From the NCBI GenBank assembly GCA_031362565.1, contig JANLSU010000058.1:32001-96000 (forward strand): a DNA stretch of 64,000 bases. Reading direction: 5' to 3'. This DNA comes from a bacterium (GTDB taxonomy: Bacteria > Krumholzibacteriota > Krumholzibacteriia > G020349025). Shown here piece by piece: positions 18,383-27,291 of this stretch. Made by a program: the position numbers and the translations under genes. Numbering within the stretch: position 1 is the first letter of the stretch; every line of letters starts with the position of its first letter. The notes below the pieces were generated by a model, which was not told where the DNA came from, made no database searches, and saw nothing but the letters and a program-made list of their open reading frames with translations.

Positions 18383-19489
18383 CGACGATCGACCGGGTAG
18401 AACAGCAGGCACGGCTCACTCACCTCAAGGAGTGTCTTTGATCTGCCTCGACTCGTGGCAGAACTCGACACGCTCGAACAACGCACCGCGGCCGCCGGCT
18501 TCTGGGATGACCCCAAAGCGGCACGCGAGACCCTGCAAGGTGTGAAAGAACACAAACTTTGGGTCGAACCCGTGCGCCGTCTCGAAGCCAAGCTCGTCGA
18601 TCTCGGCGAGCTTGCGACGCTGGCGGCAGCGGAAAATGATCCGGCGACGCTGGCGGATGTCGAGCGCGACATGCAAGCCGTGGCGCGCGAGTTGGACGAT
18701 CTCGAGTTTCGCCTCATGCTGGGCGGCGAAGACGACTCCAAGAACGCCATCTTGAGCATCCACCCCGGCACCGGCGGGCTCGAGTCGCAGGACTGGGCCG
18801 AGATGTTGATGCGCATGTATATGCGCTACTGCGAACGGCACGGCTGGAAATTCGAGGTCATCGATCTGCAAGCCGGCGAAGGCGCCGGCATCAAGAGCGC
18901 GACGATCGAGGTGTCCGGCGAGTATGCGTACGGTCGGCTCAAGGCGGAGAGCGGCGTGCACCGGCTCATCCGCATCTCGCCATTCGATGCCAACCAGCGC
19001 CGCCAGACCTCTTTCGCGTCGGTGATGGCGTACCCGGAAATCGAAGGTGACGTGGAGGTCGACATCCAGGACGCCGACCTGCGCATCGATACCTACCGCG
19101 CCAGCGGCGCCGGCGGCCAGCACGTCAACAAGACGAGTTCCGCGGTGCGGATCACGCACTTGCCGACCAAAATCGTCGTGACGTGCCAGAACGAACGCTC
19201 TCAAGGGCGCAACCGCGAGTTGGCGATGAAAGTTCTGCGGGCCCGCTTGTACAAGCACTACAAGGAGATCGAGGAAGCGAAACGTGTGGAGCGCGAACCT
19301 GAAAAGAAGGAAATCGGCTTCGGAAGCCAGATTCGCACCTACACGTTCATGCCGTACACGCTGGTCAAGGATCATCGCACGAACATCGACTCCGGCGACG
19401 TGCAAGCGGTGATGGACGGCAAGCTCGATGATTTCATCGACGGCTATCTGAAGTGGGCCAACGAAGTCCGTCAAACCCCGCGCTCGTAA
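18379..19489 (+). CDS. prfB: Peptide chain release factor 2, decoded via programmed +1 frameshift (join 18379-18438, 18440-19489)
   Basis: 20-codon frame-0 ORF MTTIDRVEQQARLTHLKECL ending CTT TGA; +1 frame continues DLPRLVAEL... and carries SPF (RISPFD) and GGQ (GAGGQHVNKT). Confidence 0.95.
18427..18442 (+). promoter_or_regulatory. RF2 +1 frameshift cassette AAGGAG-TGT-CTT-TGA-T
   Basis: Internal SD-like AAGGAG 3 nt upstream of the slippery CTT-TGA. Confidence 0.92.
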
Positions 19490-19519
19490 CGCCCCCGGAC
19501 GCTCGAGGAGGAAGACGCA

Positions 19520-21025
19520 ATGTCGCGACCGGACGCGCTGATGCAGGATCGCATCCAGAAGGTCGAAACCTGGCGGCAGCACGGCATCGACCCGTATCCG
19601 GCGAGTTTTCGGCGCACCCACACGACGGAGCAGATACGGACCACGGAGAGCCAGATCGGGGCGGCGGAGATCGCCATCGCCGGGCGCCTGATGACCTTGC
19701 GCGGCCACGGCAAGACGGCCTTCGCGCACCTCCAAGACGGCAGCGGACGGCTGCAGATCTATGTGCGGCAGGATGCGTTGGGCGAGCGGTATGAACAGTG
19801 GCAATGGGTCGAGGTGGGGGACCACATCGGCTGCCGCGGCACGCTCTTTCGCACCAAGACCGGCGAACTGACGTTGCAAGTCGGCGATTTTACCATGCTC
19901 GCCAAGTCGCTGCGGCCGTTGCCCGACAAGTGGCACGGCCTCACCGACAAGGAAGTCCGCTACCGCCAGCGGTACGTCGATTTGTTCGTCAATCCCGAGG
20001 TCCGTGACGTCTTCGTGAAACGCTCCCGCATCGTCACCGCGGTACGGACCCAGTTGCTCGACCGGGGCTTTCTCGAAGTCGAGACGCCGGTCCTCCAGCC
20101 GTTGTACGGCGGCGCCAGCGCCCGCCCGTTCGTGACCCGGCACAATGCGCTCGACATGCAGTTGTACTTGCGGATCGCCCCGGAACTGTACTTGAAACGT
20201 TTGCTGGTGGGCGGCATGGAAGGCGTCTTCGAAGTGGCGCGCAATTTCCGCAACGAGGGCATGGATCGCTCGCACAATCCCGAGTTCACCATGCTCGAAC
20301 TGTACGTGGCGTACTGGGACTACGAGGATCAGATGCAGCTCACCGAAGACATCGTGCGCGGCGCGGCCAAGCAGGTGGAGGCGCTGCAGGCGCACTTTGG
20401 GGAGCATGTGGTCGATTTTGGCGCGCCGTTTCACCGCGTCCGGTTCTTCGCGGCGCTGGAGACGGCGGCGGGCTGTCCGTTGCGCGGCGTGGACGCGGCC
20501 GGGTTACGCGCCGTCGCGCGCCGCTTGCACGTCGAACATGCGCCGGGCGACGGCGTGGCGCGCCTCCTCGACAGCTTGTTCGGGGCCCTCGTCGAACCCG
20601 GCCTCATCCAACCGACCTTCGTCGTCGACTACCCCAAGGAACTCTCGCCGCTCGCCAAGGATCATCGCAGCGAGCCCGGGCTCGTGGAGCGCTTCGAATT
20701 GTATGCCGCCGGCATGGAACTCGCGAACGCGTTCTCCGAACTGAACGACCCGCTCGAACAGCGCCGCCGGTTCGAGGAGCAAGTCGCGGCGCGCGCCGGC
20801 GGCGACGCCGAGGCACACCCGCTGGACGAGGATTATCTCCGGGCGCTCGAATACGGCATGCCGCCGGCGGGCGGGCTCGGCCTCGGGATCGACCGCTTGG
20901 TGATGCTGCTCACCGGATCGGTGTCGATTCGCGACGTCCTGCTGTTCCCGGCGCTGCGGCCGGAAGATCCACCGGACACCACTGAAGACGCCCCGAGCCC
21001 AGGCGGCGCGGTGACCCCGGCGTGA
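19520..21025 (+). CDS. lysS: Lysine--tRNA ligase (class II)
   Basis: RYRQRYVDL, FLEVETP, YLRIAPELYLKRL, FRNEG, HNPEFT, YGMPPAGGLGLGIDRL. Confidence 0.98.
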   Translation: MSRPDALMQDRIQKVETWRQHGIDPYPASFRRTHTTEQIRTTESQIGAAEIAIAGRLMTLRGHGKTAFAHLQDGSGRLQIYVRQDALGERYEQWQWVEVGDHIGCRGTLFRTKTGELTLQVGDFTMLAKSLRPLPDKWHGLTDKEVRYRQRYVDLFVNPEVRDVFVKRSRIVTAVRTQLLDRGFLEVETPVLQPLYGGASARPFVTRHNALDMQLYLRIAPELYLKRLLVGGMEGVFEVARNFRNEGMDRSHNPEFTMLELYVAYWDYEDQMQLTEDIVRGAAKQVEALQAHFGEHVVDFGAPFHRVRFFAALETAAGCPLRGVDAAGLRAVARRLHVEHAPGDGVARLLDSLFGALVEPGLIQPTFVVDYPKELSPLAKDHRSEPGLVERFELYAAGMELANAFSELNDPLEQRRRFEEQVAARAGGDAEAHPLDEDYLRALEYGMPPAGGLGLGIDRLVMLLTGSVSIRDVLLFPALRPEDPPDTTEDAPSPGGAVTPA

Positions 21026-22275
21026 TGCGCTACACCTGGTTCATCGGCCTGCGCTATCTGCGGCCCAAGCACCGGCATTTCCTCCTGTCGGTCATCGCGG
21101 TCATCGCGACCGTGGGCGTCATGTTCGCGGTCGCGGCGCCCGAACTGACGCTGTCCGTGATGAACGGCTTCGAGAAGGAAGTCCGCATGCGCATCGTCAA
21201 CACCAACTACAACGTGTTCGTGATGTCGCGGTCCGAGTTCCACGACTGGCACGCGGTCATGGACACGGTACGGCGCCACAAGGGTGTGCAATCGGTGTCG
21301 CCGTTCGTGCGCCAAGCAGCCATGCTGTCGTTCGGCAACCAGGGTTCAGGCCAGCGCTTTCACGGTTGCGAGGTCCTCGGCGTGAATGCCGCCGAGGAAT
21401 CCTTGACGACCCGCGTCATCCAGACCACCAAGCCCGAGTTCTACGGCTTCGATTCGGATCTCTTCGACGTCGACGGGCAGCACTATCCGGGCATCGTCCT
21501 TGGTGTCGACCTGGGCAAGGAACTGACCGTCAGCCTGGGAGATGTGCTGACGGTCGCGGCCCAGGCGGATTCGGGCGCAGTGGGTGGCGAATCGCGCATC
21601 GTACAGCGGCGCTTTCGCGTCGTCGGTTTCCTGAATTCAGGTTTTTACGAATTCGACGCCCAGCTCGCCTACGTGTCGCTGGCCGAAGCGCAGAGCTTGT
21701 TTGGATTCGGCAACCGTGTCTACGGGATTGGCGTTCGCGTCGACGATATCTATGCCGCCGACCGGATCGGCAGCGAGCTCGATGCACAGCTTGGGCTGCG
21801 CTACTACACGAACAATTGGATGTACATGTTCCGCAACGTCTTCACGTGGATGGCGACGGAGCGCAAGCTGATGACGCTGGTGTTCGCGGTGATCATCGCC
21901 ATCGCCGCGATCACCGTGGTTGGGATGCTGACCATGATCGTGATGGAGAAGCGCAAAGCCATCGGCATCCTGAAGAGTCTCGGCGTCCCCCGCGGCGGCA
22001 TCATGACGATTTTCATCATTCAAGGCACGGCGATCGGCGTCGTGGGCGCGGTGCTTGGGAGCGCCTTGGGCTATATGGCGTGCCAAATCGTCGACCGGGT
22101 CGGCATCGATCTGCCGGGCGATGTGTACATCATCGACACGTTGCCGGTGCAGATGCGGCCGCTGGATTTCGCGATCGTCTCGGGGGTTGCCGTGGTGCTC
22201 TGTTTCCTGGCGACGCTGTATCCGAGCTGGGAGGCGGCGCGGCTCGATCCCATCGAGGCGATCCGCTATGAATGA
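21022..22275 (+). CDS. lolE: Lipoprotein-releasing ABC permease LolC/E
   Basis: LSVMNGF, MIVMEKRKAIGILKSLG, DVYIIDTLP, ATLYPSWEAARLDPIEAIRYE. Confidence 0.92.
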   Translation: MMRYTWFIGLRYLRPKHRHFLLSVIAVIATVGVMFAVAAPELTLSVMNGFEKEVRMRIVNTNYNVFVMSRSEFHDWHAVMDTVRRHKGVQSVSPFVRQAAMLSFGNQGSGQRFHGCEVLGVNAAEESLTTRVIQTTKPEFYGFDSDLFDVDGQHYPGIVLGVDLGKELTVSLGDVLTVAAQADSGAVGGESRIVQRRFRVVGFLNSGFYEFDAQLAYVSLAEAQSLFGFGNRVYGIGVRVDDIYAADRIGSELDAQLGLRYYTNNWMYMFRNVFTWMATERKLMTLVFAVIIAIAAITVVGMLTMIVMEKRKAIGILKSLGVPRGGIMTIFIIQGTAIGVVGAVLGSALGYMACQIVDRVGIDLPGDVYIIDTLPVQMRPLDFAIVSGVAVVLCFLATLYPSWEAARLDPIEAIRYE

Positions 22276-22342
22276 GCGTCCCTTGCGGGCCCGGTGAGCC
22301 GCGGCCTACATTCGAGCCTAAGCCCAAGCAGGGAGGGGTCGA

Positions 22343-23041
22343 TTGACCGAGGTCGTGCGGGCGGCAGGCGTCCAGAAGGGCTTTGGGCCGGCGGATGCGC
22401 GCATCCAGGTCCTCTCCGACGTGGCACTCGCGGTCACGGCGGGAGAAATGGTGGCAGTGGCGGGCAGTTCGGGGAGCGGGAAGAGCACGCTGCTGCACAT
22501 CCTCGGTGGGCTCCTGCATCCGGATGCGGGGCAGGTCGAGGTGGACGGCGATGCGGTCTATGGGATTTCGGAAATGCGGCGCGCCGCGTTGCGCAACACC
22601 CGGGTGGGATTCGTGTTCCAATTTCATCACCTGTTGCCGGAGTTCAGCGCGGCGGAAAATGTCGCCCTGCCGGCGATGGTGGCCGGAGTCGGACAAGCAG
22701 CGGCGCTCGAGCGGGCCCGCGAGCTGTTGGCGGAGATGGGACTCGCGGCGCGTGCCCACCACAAACCGGGCGAGATGTCGGGCGGCGAGCAACAGCGGGT
22801 GGCGGTGGCGCGGGCGCTCGTCAACAACCCGCGGGTGATCCTGGCCGACGAACCGTCGGGGAACTTGGACTCGAGCGCCAGCGAACAACTGCATGCGCTG
22901 CTCGAGAATCTGGCGCGTGACCGCGGTGTCGCGTTGCTGATTGCGACTCACAGTCCGGCGCTCGCGCGGCGGGCGCACCGGACGCTCGTGCTGAAGGATC
23001 AGCGTTTGCACGCCGCCGGCGACTTGGAGGGCTGGGCATGA
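22343..23041 (+). CDS. lolD: Lipoprotein-releasing ABC ATPase LolD
   Basis: GSSGSGKSTLL, GFVFQFHHLLPEFSAAENV, MSGGEQQRVA, LADEPSGNLD. Confidence 0.93.
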   Translation: MTEVVRAAGVQKGFGPADARIQVLSDVALAVTAGEMVAVAGSSGSGKSTLLHILGGLLHPDAGQVEVDGDAVYGISEMRRAALRNTRVGFVFQFHHLLPEFSAAENVALPAMVAGVGQAAALERARELLAEMGLAARAHHKPGEMSGGEQQRVAVARALVNNPRVILADEPSGNLDSSASEQLHALLENLARDRGVALLIATHSPALARRAHRTLVLKDQRLHAAGDLEGWA

Positions 23042-23607
23042 GCGACCCGCGCTGTGATCTCTGCGGTGGGCAGCACGCGACGGTGCGTTTCACCGAGATC
23101 GACGACGGCCAGAAGACCAAACGGACGATTTGCCGTACTTGTGCCGAAGCCCGCGGCCTGCTCGAATCGACGTCGCCGACCGTGACGGTCTTGCAGAAGC
23201 TCTTGTCGGTCGCACCGGTGCCGAAGGCACCGCCCGGCGAAACGCCGGCGCCGGCGACCGTCGAACGGAGTTGTCCGAGTTGTGCGTTGTCGCTGGCGAC
23301 GTTCCGGCGCCAGGGCCGCCTGGGATGCGCGATGTGCTGGACGGTGTTCGAGGCCCAGCTCGTACCGATCTTGCGCAACATCCAACCCAATGTACGGCAC
23401 GTCGGCAAGGCACCGCGGACCCACGCCCGCCAGGCGGAATTGCGGCAGCGTTTCGCGGATTTGCGCGCCGAGCTGGAGCGCGCCGTGCGCGGCGAAGACT
23501 ACGAACGGGCGGCGCATGTGCGCGACGAGATTCGCACCCTGGAACGCCTCGAAAGCGCCCCGGCAGTACCGGCCGGCGACGAACCGGCCGGGGAGAACCA
23601 GCCATGA
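23038..23607 (+). CDS. mcsA: McsA-like protein (four CxxC plus UVR domain)
   Basis: CDLC, CRTC, CPSC, GRLGCAMC, HVGKAP, EDYERAAHVRDEI. Confidence 0.9.
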   Translation: MSDPRCDLCGGQHATVRFTEIDDGQKTKRTICRTCAEARGLLESTSPTVTVLQKLLSVAPVPKAPPGETPAPATVERSCPSCALSLATFRRQGRLGCAMCWTVFEAQLVPILRNIQPNVRHVGKAPRTHARQAELRQRFADLRAELERAVRGEDYERAAHVRDEIRTLERLESAPAVPAGDEPAGENQP

Positions 23608-24659
23608 CCACGTGGGCGGAACTCGCAGCGGCACCCTGCGGTTGGCTCTCCGATCACGCCCCGCAGGGTGGCGCGGTGCTGTCGTCGCGGATCCGGCTGG
23701 CGCGCAATCTTGCCGGCCGCACCTTTCCGCAACGGGCCCGCCGGCCGCAGCGGTCGGAGTTGCGGCGGGAAATTTTCGAGCGCACCCACGGCCTCGAACG
23801 CCTCAACGCTGGCGCCTGGCTGGCGCTCGACGAACTCGAACAGGTCCAGAGACGGTTCCTGGGCGAACGTCAGCTCGTCAGCCAAGACCTCGTCGAATCG
23901 CCCGAAGGACGCGGCGTCGTGATCGCGACCGACCAGACAATGTCGTTCATGGTGAACGAGGAAGATCACCTGCGGATCCAAGCCATCCGGAGCGGCCTGG
24001 ACTTGGACGCCGCCTATCACGCGGCCGACGGGCTCGAATGCGATCTGGACGCCCGGCTCGAGTTCGCCTACTCGGAACGTTTCGGCTTCCTGACGGCGTG
24101 CCCGACCAATGCCGGCACCGGCATGCGTGCATCGGTGCTGATCCACTTGCCGGGGATCTGCCTCAACAAGGAGACCGACCGGCTGTTCGAGACGCTGCGG
24201 GCGCAGGGTCTGACGATTCGCGGCTTCTACGGCGAGGGCAGCGCCATGCTCGGAAATTTTTTCCAGATCTCGAACGCCACGACGCTCGGAATGCGTGAAG
24301 CCGAGATCCTCGAGAAACTGGATCGTGCCGCGCGTGAGCTGATCGCCTGGGAAGAACAGGCACGGGATGCGCTCCTGTCCAGGGCACGGAGCTTGCTCGA
24401 GGACCGAATCTGGCGTTCCTACGGAGTGTTGCGCTACGCGCGCGTGCTGTCCGCCGAGGAGGTCCTGAATCATGCTTCGCTCCTGCGGTTGGGAATCGGC
24501 ATCGGGACGCTGCAGGTTCCCGTGCAAGTGTTGAACGAGATCCTGATCCACGGCCAGCCGGCGCACGCCCAGGTTTTGGGCCGCGGCGATCAGCCGGGCG
24601 AGCGCGATACGTGGCGGGCCGAGATGGTGCGCAAGAAATTGCGGCAGGTGGAGCCCTAA
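23604..24659 (+). CDS. mcsB: Protein arginine kinase McsB
   Basis: SSRIRLARNL, MVNEEDHLRIQ, GFLTACPTNAGTGMRAS, RGFYGEGS, FQISN. Confidence 0.94.
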   Translation: MTTWAELAAAPCGWLSDHAPQGGAVLSSRIRLARNLAGRTFPQRARRPQRSELRREIFERTHGLERLNAGAWLALDELEQVQRRFLGERQLVSQDLVESPEGRGVVIATDQTMSFMVNEEDHLRIQAIRSGLDLDAAYHAADGLECDLDARLEFAYSERFGFLTACPTNAGTGMRASVLIHLPGICLNKETDRLFETLRAQGLTIRGFYGEGSAMLGNFFQISNATTLGMREAEILEKLDRAARELIAWEEQARDALLSRARSLLEDRIWRSYGVLRYARVLSAEEVLNHASLLRLGIGIGTLQVPVQVLNEILIHGQPAHAQVLGRGDQPGERDTWRAEMVRKKLRQVEP

Positions 24660-24668
24660 TGGTATATT
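24639..24668 (+). promoter_or_regulatory. Putative internal sigma70 promoter for clpC (TTGCGG-N18-TATATT, extended TG)
   Basis: TGG-TATATT at 24660-24668, AT-rich patch in GC-rich DNA; RBS GGGAGG before ATG 24697. Confidence 0.5.
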
Positions 24669-24696
24669 TTGCGGCCGCACTCCAGGGAGGCCAGCG

Positions 24697-27132
24697 ATGA
24701 ACGATCGTTTTACCGAACGCGTCAAGAAGGTGCTCTTCCTCGCGCGTGACGAGGCTGGCCGGCTTCAACACGACTACATCGGCACGGAGCATTTCCTGCT
24801 CGGGATCGTCCGCGAGGGCGAGGGAATTGCGGCCAAAGTACTGCAGAACCTCGGTTTGACCTCGGAACAGATCCAACAGGCCGTGGAAAAGATGGTGGCG
24901 CCGAGCGGCGGCACGTTGACGATCGGCGAGATTCCGTTTACGCCGCGCGCCAAGCGTGTCCTCGAGCTGTCGGTGGAAGAGGCGCGTCTTCTCGGGCACA
25001 ACTACATCGGCACCGAGCATCTGCTGCTGGGGCTGATTCGCGAGGGCGAGGGCGTGGCAGCCCGGGTGCTCATCGAGCTGGGCGCCGACCGCAAGCGCGT
25101 CCGCGAGGAGACCCTCAAGCTTTTGGGCGGCATCGGCACGACGTCGCGCCCGACCAAGAAGGAAAAACGCGAAACTCCAGCCCTGGATCAATTCGGCCGC
25201 GATCTCACCCAGCTCGCCACGGACGGCAAGCTGGACCCGGTCATTGGCCGTGACAAAGAGATCGAGCGCGTCGTTCAGGTGCTGTCGCGGCGCAAGAAGA
25301 ACAACCCGGCCCTGATCGGTGAACCCGGCGTCGGCAAGACCGCCATCGTCGAGGGCCTGGCCCAACGCATCATCTCGAGCCAGGTGCCGGACCTGCTCAA
25401 AGACAAGAAGCTGGTCACGCTTGATCTCGCATCGATCGTTGCGGGAACGAAATACCGCGGCCAGTTCGAGGAACGCCTGAAGGCGGTCATGAACGAGATC
25501 CGCGAGTCCGAAGACGTCATCGTCTTTATCGACGAGTTGCACACGATCGTCGGCGCCGGCGGCGCCGAGGGCGCCATCGACGCCTCGAACATGCTCAAGC
25601 CGTCGCTCGCCAGAGGCGAACTGCAGTGCATCGGCGCCACCACCCTCGACGAGTACCGCAAGTACATCGAGAAGGACGGCGCTCTCGAGCGGCGGTTCCA
25701 GCCCATCTTCGTCAATCCGCCCAACGAAGAGGAAACCATCCGCATCATCTTCGGCCTGCGCGACAAGTACGAAGCGCATCACCGCGCCAAGATTACCGAT
25801 GCGGCGGTCGTGATGGCGGTGCAACTGTCGCAGCGTTACATCAATGACCGGTTCCTGCCGGACAAGGCGATCGACGTCATCGACGAGGCCGGCAGCCGGG
25901 CGCGGCTGTCGATCAGCAGCATCCCCACCGGGGTGCGCGAACTCGAACAGAAGATCGAGCAGGTCGCCAAGGAAAAGGAATCCTGCATTCAGGCGCAGGA
26001 GTTCGAAAAGGCGGCCGGCTATCGCGACAAGGAAAAGGACTTGCGCGAGCAACTGCGCCAGATCCACGAAGAGTGGAAGGAAAAGAAGAAGGAGCAGGAA
26101 GCCATCGTCGACGGCCAGGACATCGCCCGGGTGGTGGGCGAGATGACCGGCATTCCGGTCGCCAATCTGGCCGAAGGCGAAAGCGAGAAGCTGCTCCGCA
26201 TGGAAGAGCAGCTCGAGAAGCGCATCATCGGCCAGAGCGACGCGGTCAAAGCCGTGTCGCGGGCGGTCAGGCGGAATCGCGCCGGGCTCCGCAACCCGAA
26301 GCGCCCGATCGGTTCCTTCATCTTCTTCGGCCCGACCGGCGTCGGCAAGACCGAGATGGCGAAGGTGCTGGCCAAGTTCCTGTTCGATGACGAAGAGGCG
26401 CTCATCCGCGTCGACATGTCGGAGTACATGGAGAAGTTCGCGGTCAGCCGGCTCATCGGCGCCCCGCCCGGCTACGTCGGCTACGACGAGGGCGGACAGC
26501 TTACCGAGAAGGTGCGCCGCAAACCCTATTCGGTCGTGCTCCTCGACGAAATCGAGAAGGCGCATCCGGACGTGTACAACATTCTGCTGCAGGTGATCGA
26601 AGACGGCCAACTGACCGACAGCTTCGGCCGCCGGGTGGATTTCAAGAATACCGTTCTCATCATGACCTCGAACGTCGGCGCCCGCCAGATGAAGCAAGGC
26701 CCGGGGCTGGGCTTCACCGCCGACGACTCCAGTGTCTATACGGACCTGGCGAGCAAGGTGAAGGACGAGATGAAGAAGGTTTTCAACCCGGAGTTCTTGA
26801 ATCGTATCGACGAGATCATTATCTTCCGGCCGCTGGGACGGGGCGAGATGGGCGACATCCTGAACGTGATGACTGCCGACCTCGAGCAACGGTTGCGGGA
26901 TCTGCAGATTTCCTTCGAGTTCACGGAAGCCGCCAAGACCTTCCTCATCGGCAAGGGCTTCGACTCCAATCTGGGAGCCCGGCCGCTCAGGCGCGCGATC
27001 CAGACCTATCTGGAGGATCCGCTCTCGGAGCGGCTGTTGACGGGGTCCCTGGAGAAGGGGACACGCCTCAAGATCGACGCCGGCGATGACAAACTCGTGT
27101 TCGAGGTGGAGAAGCAAGGCGTCACGTCCTAG
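24697..27132 (+). CDS. clpC: ATP-dependent Clp protease ATP-binding subunit ClpC
   Basis: Two Clp-N repeats (YIGTEH), [11 protein letters not shown]-type middle domain ([11 protein letters not shown]), [16 protein letters not shown]. Confidence 0.96.
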   Translation: MNDRFTERVKKVLFLARDEAGRLQHDYIGTEHFLLGIVREGEGIAAKVLQNLGLTSEQIQQAVEKMVAPSGGTLTIGEIPFTPRAKRVLELSVEEARLLGHNYIGTEHLLLGLIREGEGVAARVLIELGADRKRVREETLKLLGGIGTTSRPTKKEKRETPALDQFGRDLTQLATDGKLDPVIGRDKEIERVVQVLSRRKKNNPALIGEPGVGKTAIVEGLAQRIISSQVPDLLKDKKLVTLDLASIVAGTKYRGQFEERLKAVMNEIRESEDVIVFIDELHTIVGAGGAEGAIDASNMLKPSLARGELQCIGATTLDEYRKYIEKDGALERRFQPIFVNPPNEEETIRIIFGLRDKYEAHHRAKITDAAVVMAVQLSQRYINDRFLPDKAIDVIDEAGSRARLSISSIPTGVRELEQKIEQVAKEKESCIQAQEFEKAAGYRDKEKDLREQLRQIHEEWKEKKKEQEAIVDGQDIARVVGEMTGIPVANLAEGESEKLLRMEEQLEKRIIGQSDAVKAVSRAVRRNRAGLRNPKRPIGSFIFFGPTGVGKTEMAKVLAKFLFDDEEALIRVDMSEYMEKFAVSRLIGAPPGYVGYDEGGQLTEKVRRKPYSVVLLDEIEKAHPDVYNILLQVIEDGQLTDSFGRRVDFKNTVLIMTSNVGARQMKQGPGLGFTADDSSVYTDLASKVKDEMKKVFNPEFLNRIDEIIIFRPLGRGEMGDILNVMTADLEQRLRDLQISFEFTEAAKTFLIGKGFDSNLGARPLRRAIQTYLEDPLSERLLTGSLEKGTRLKIDAGDDKLVFEVEKQGVTS

Positions 27133-27157
27133 CGCCTCCATCCCGCGGTTCCAGACC

Positions 27158-27200
27158 CGACCAGCCCGAAGCCTGGACAGGCGTCGGGCTGTTGTCGTTT
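27158..27200 (+). terminator. Putative intrinsic terminator hairpin after clpC
   Basis: CAGCCCGA(27162-69)/TCGGGCTG(27184-91) with inner GCCT/AGGC stem, followed by TTGTCGTTT. Confidence 0.45.
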
Positions 27201-27291
27201 GATGCGGACAGACGGGTGGCACTTTCGACGCCACCCGGGGTTCCAGGGAAATCGGTCCTGGGCCCGGACCCCCCCTGGGAAGGAACGAGGC

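Noticed and set aside
18425..20434. 669-aa minus-strand ORF and the many other Arg/Pro/Ala-rich overlapping ORFs
   Set aside because: Shadow or alternate frames of well-supported + strand genes in stop-poor GC-rich DNA
27217..27231. TGGCAC-N5-ACGC as a sigma54 promoter for bamA
   Set aside because: The -12 element lacks TTGC, and the bases are explained by hairpin 2
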